DNA of 37,437 nucleotides from Candidatus Fervidifonticultor quintus (GTDB lineage Bacteria > Sysuimicrobiota > Sysuimicrobiia > Sysuimicrobiales > Humicultoraceae), in NCBI GenBank assembly GCA_031459535.1, contig JAVKIJ010000022.1, positions 1 through 37,437 on the forward strand. Direction: 5' to 3'. A model generated the notes under the pieces. That model had not been told where the DNA came from and did no database searches. It saw nothing but the letters and a program-made list of their open reading frames with translations. This document shows, one piece after another, positions 35,877-37,437 of this stretch (position 1 is its first letter; every line of letters starts with the position of its first letter). A program made the translations under genes and the position numbers.

Positions 35877-37031
35877 TCATCCGCCTGCTGCGTGGTCGAG
35901 CAGCCGCGATGTGTCCGGGTCATACAGGGTCAAGGTCGTCGGGTCGAAGGAGAGCCAGACCGGACTGTCGATTTCGAGGTGTAGCGGGCGTACCTCCCTG
36001 ATCGTCAAAGCCGTGCCCTCGCGGCGGACGTTAACGATCAACTCCGACCCTGACGGCAGTACGGAGTAGACCTTGAAGGCGATCGCGCCGGACGCGGGCT
36101 GCAGGGACAGGCCAATGTGTTCCGGGCGTATCCCCACGACCACGTCCCTGCACGGCACCGCGTTCGGGTAGGGGAGGCTGAACCCCTGGAAGTCGAGCAG
36201 GTGGTGCCCTGCCTCCTGGCGGACGGTGGCGCGGAGGAGGTTCATCCTCGGCGTACCCACGAAGTCGGCGACGAACAGGGTCGCCGGGCGCCGGTAGAGC
36301 TCGTCGGGCGGAGCGAGCTGCTCCAGGCGACCCTGTCTGACCACCGCCACATGTGTGGACATCGTGAGGGCTTCGAGCTGGTCGTGGGTGACGTAGACGA
36401 CGGTCGCGAGCGATTCCCGGTGCAGTCGCTTGAGTTCCGAGCGCATCTCCATGCGCAGGCGCGCGTCCAGGTTGGACAGGGGTTCGTCCAGCAGGAAAAT
36501 TCCCGGGCCGGGCGCCAGCATCCGGGCCAGGGCAACGCGCTGCTGCTGGCCGCCACTCATCTCCTGCGGATAGCGGTCTTCGAGACCCGCTAGCTGCAGG
36601 TCGGCGAGCACCTTGTGGGTCCGCGCCCTGATGTCCTCTCGCCCCCACCGGGCCAGTTCCAGGCCGAAGGCCACGTTCTCGAAGACCGTCATGTGCGGCC
36701 AGAGGGCGTAGGTCTGGAAGACCATCCCTACGCCGCGCCGGGCGGGGGGGACGAAGATGCCCTGCTGGTAGGAGAAGACCGGACGGCCATCGATCAGGAT
36801 CTCGCCGGAATCGGGTTCTTCGAGCCCGGCGATCATGCGGAGAATTGTCGTCTTCCCGCAGCCCGAGGGGCCCAGGATGGTCAGGAAGCTGCCGGGCTCG
36901 ACGGTGAGACTGAAGTCGTCAACCGCCGTTACCGAGCCAAAGCGCTTGGTTACGCGGCGGAGCTCGATGCGCTTTATCTGCGTGGTCCTACTGACGACGG
37001 TCGAGCAGGCGGGGCCGCATCCTTCTTGCAT
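35877..37031 (-). CDS. ABC ATP-binding protein (FbpC/MalK-like); start uncertain
   Basis: [43 protein letters not shown] and YVTHDQ motifs. Confidence 0.95.
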   Translation of the reverse strand: MQEGCGPACSTVVSRTTQIKRIELRRVTKRFGSVTAVDDFSLTVEPGSFLTILGPSGCGKTTILRMIAGLEEPDSGEILIDGRPVFSYQQGIFVPPARRGVGMVFQTYALWPHMTVFENVAFGLELARWGREDIRARTHKVLADLQLAGLEDRYPQEMSGGQQQRVALARMLAPGPGIFLLDEPLSNLDARLRMEMRSELKRLHRESLATVVYVTHDQLEALTMSTHVAVVRQGRLEQLAPPDELYRRPATLFVADFVGTPRMNLLRATVRQEAGHHLLDFQGFSLPYPNAVPCRDVVVGIRPEHIGLSLQPASGAIAFKVYSVLPSGSELIVNVRREGTALTIREVRPLHLEIDSPVWLSFDPTTLTLYDPDTSRLLDHAAGG

Positions 37032-37437
37032 CCCTGCGGTGGTCTGCCAGGATGTCCAGCCCGTAGGCTGCCCGAAGTGCCTCCAGCTGGCGGACCCCGG
37101 CCAGGCTCCGCCTCGGGCGCGCGCTGGCCAACCCCAGCAGCAGTGCGTTCAGGACTGCCATGGGAACCGTCAGCGAGTGGAAGGTTGAAACGGGGCCCCG
37201 GCGAGCGGCCAGGATGACGTCGGCCTTGTTGCGAAAGGCCAGCCCCAGCGTATCGGTGATGAGCACGGTCTTGCACCCGATGGACCGCGCATGGCCCAAG
37301 ACGGCCGCCAGTTCCGCCGTGGCTCGCTGGAAGCCCGCAGCCAGCACCACGTCATCGGGCCGCAGCAGCAGGATCTCTTCGAGAACGTCGCGGCCCGAAT
37401 GGGTCACGCTGATCGTCATCACCCCGAACCGCCGGAG
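36988..37437 (-). CDS. MurR/RpiR family regulator, C-terminal SIS domain (5' end outside window)
   Basis: LRPDDVVLAAGF, GCKTVLITD, ADVILAA and FHSLTVPMAVLNALL match the RpiR SIS pattern. The HTH domain is not visible in the window. Confidence 0.8.
   Translation of the reverse strand, partial: LRRFGVMTISVTHSGRDVLEEILLLRPDDVVLAAGFQRATAELAAVLGHARSIGCKTVLITDTLGLAFRNKADVILAARRGPVSTFHSLTVPMAVLNALLLGLASARPRRSLAGVRQLEALRAAYGLDILADHRRDARRMRPRLLDRRQ

Noticed and set aside
1-37437. CRISPR array, IS elements, prophage, retron or toxin-antitoxin/defence genes
   Set aside because: No regularly spaced repeats, terminal inverted repeats with a transposase, or recognisable motifs were seen, and nearly all coding space is explained by metabolic and transport genes.

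Overview
This high-GC bacterial window has no integrase, transposase, CRISPR array or recognisable defence genes; taxonomy cannot be fixed from the sequence alone. (1) 1-9752: 5' end of dnaX, CPBP protease, fabI, an atypical DUF305 protein, a family-5 solute-binding protein, a sulfurtransferase-GNAT-MOSC cluster, an AI-2E transporter, a class III aminotransferase and tRNA-Lys(UUU). (2) 10113-18787: an uncharacterised catabolic block of MoaD/ThiS with a masked C-terminal GG, a tungsten AOR-family oxidoreductase, a PotABCD-like ABC importer, a cupin, an RraA/HMG-aldolase protein and a convergent amidase. (3) 18788-21799: a hairpin-rich intergenic region, then two convergent genes (Fe3+/AfuA-type binding protein and PaaK-like adenylate-forming enzyme) that have both apparently lost their 3' ends and read through each other in antisense, plus yjbQ. 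(4) 21852-37437: an MFS transporter, a long-form pstSCAB-phoU operon with 11-bp-period Pho-box-like repeats, a secreted hypothetical, and an RpiR-ABC-two-HAD cluster that looks like organophosphate scavenging. The best candidates for undescribed biology are a Cys-containing leader peptide with a stop-in-loop hairpin upstream of the sulfurtransferase, the AOR catabolic block, and the orphan structured RNA candidate at 18813-18933. All product calls come from motifs read by eye, not database searches.
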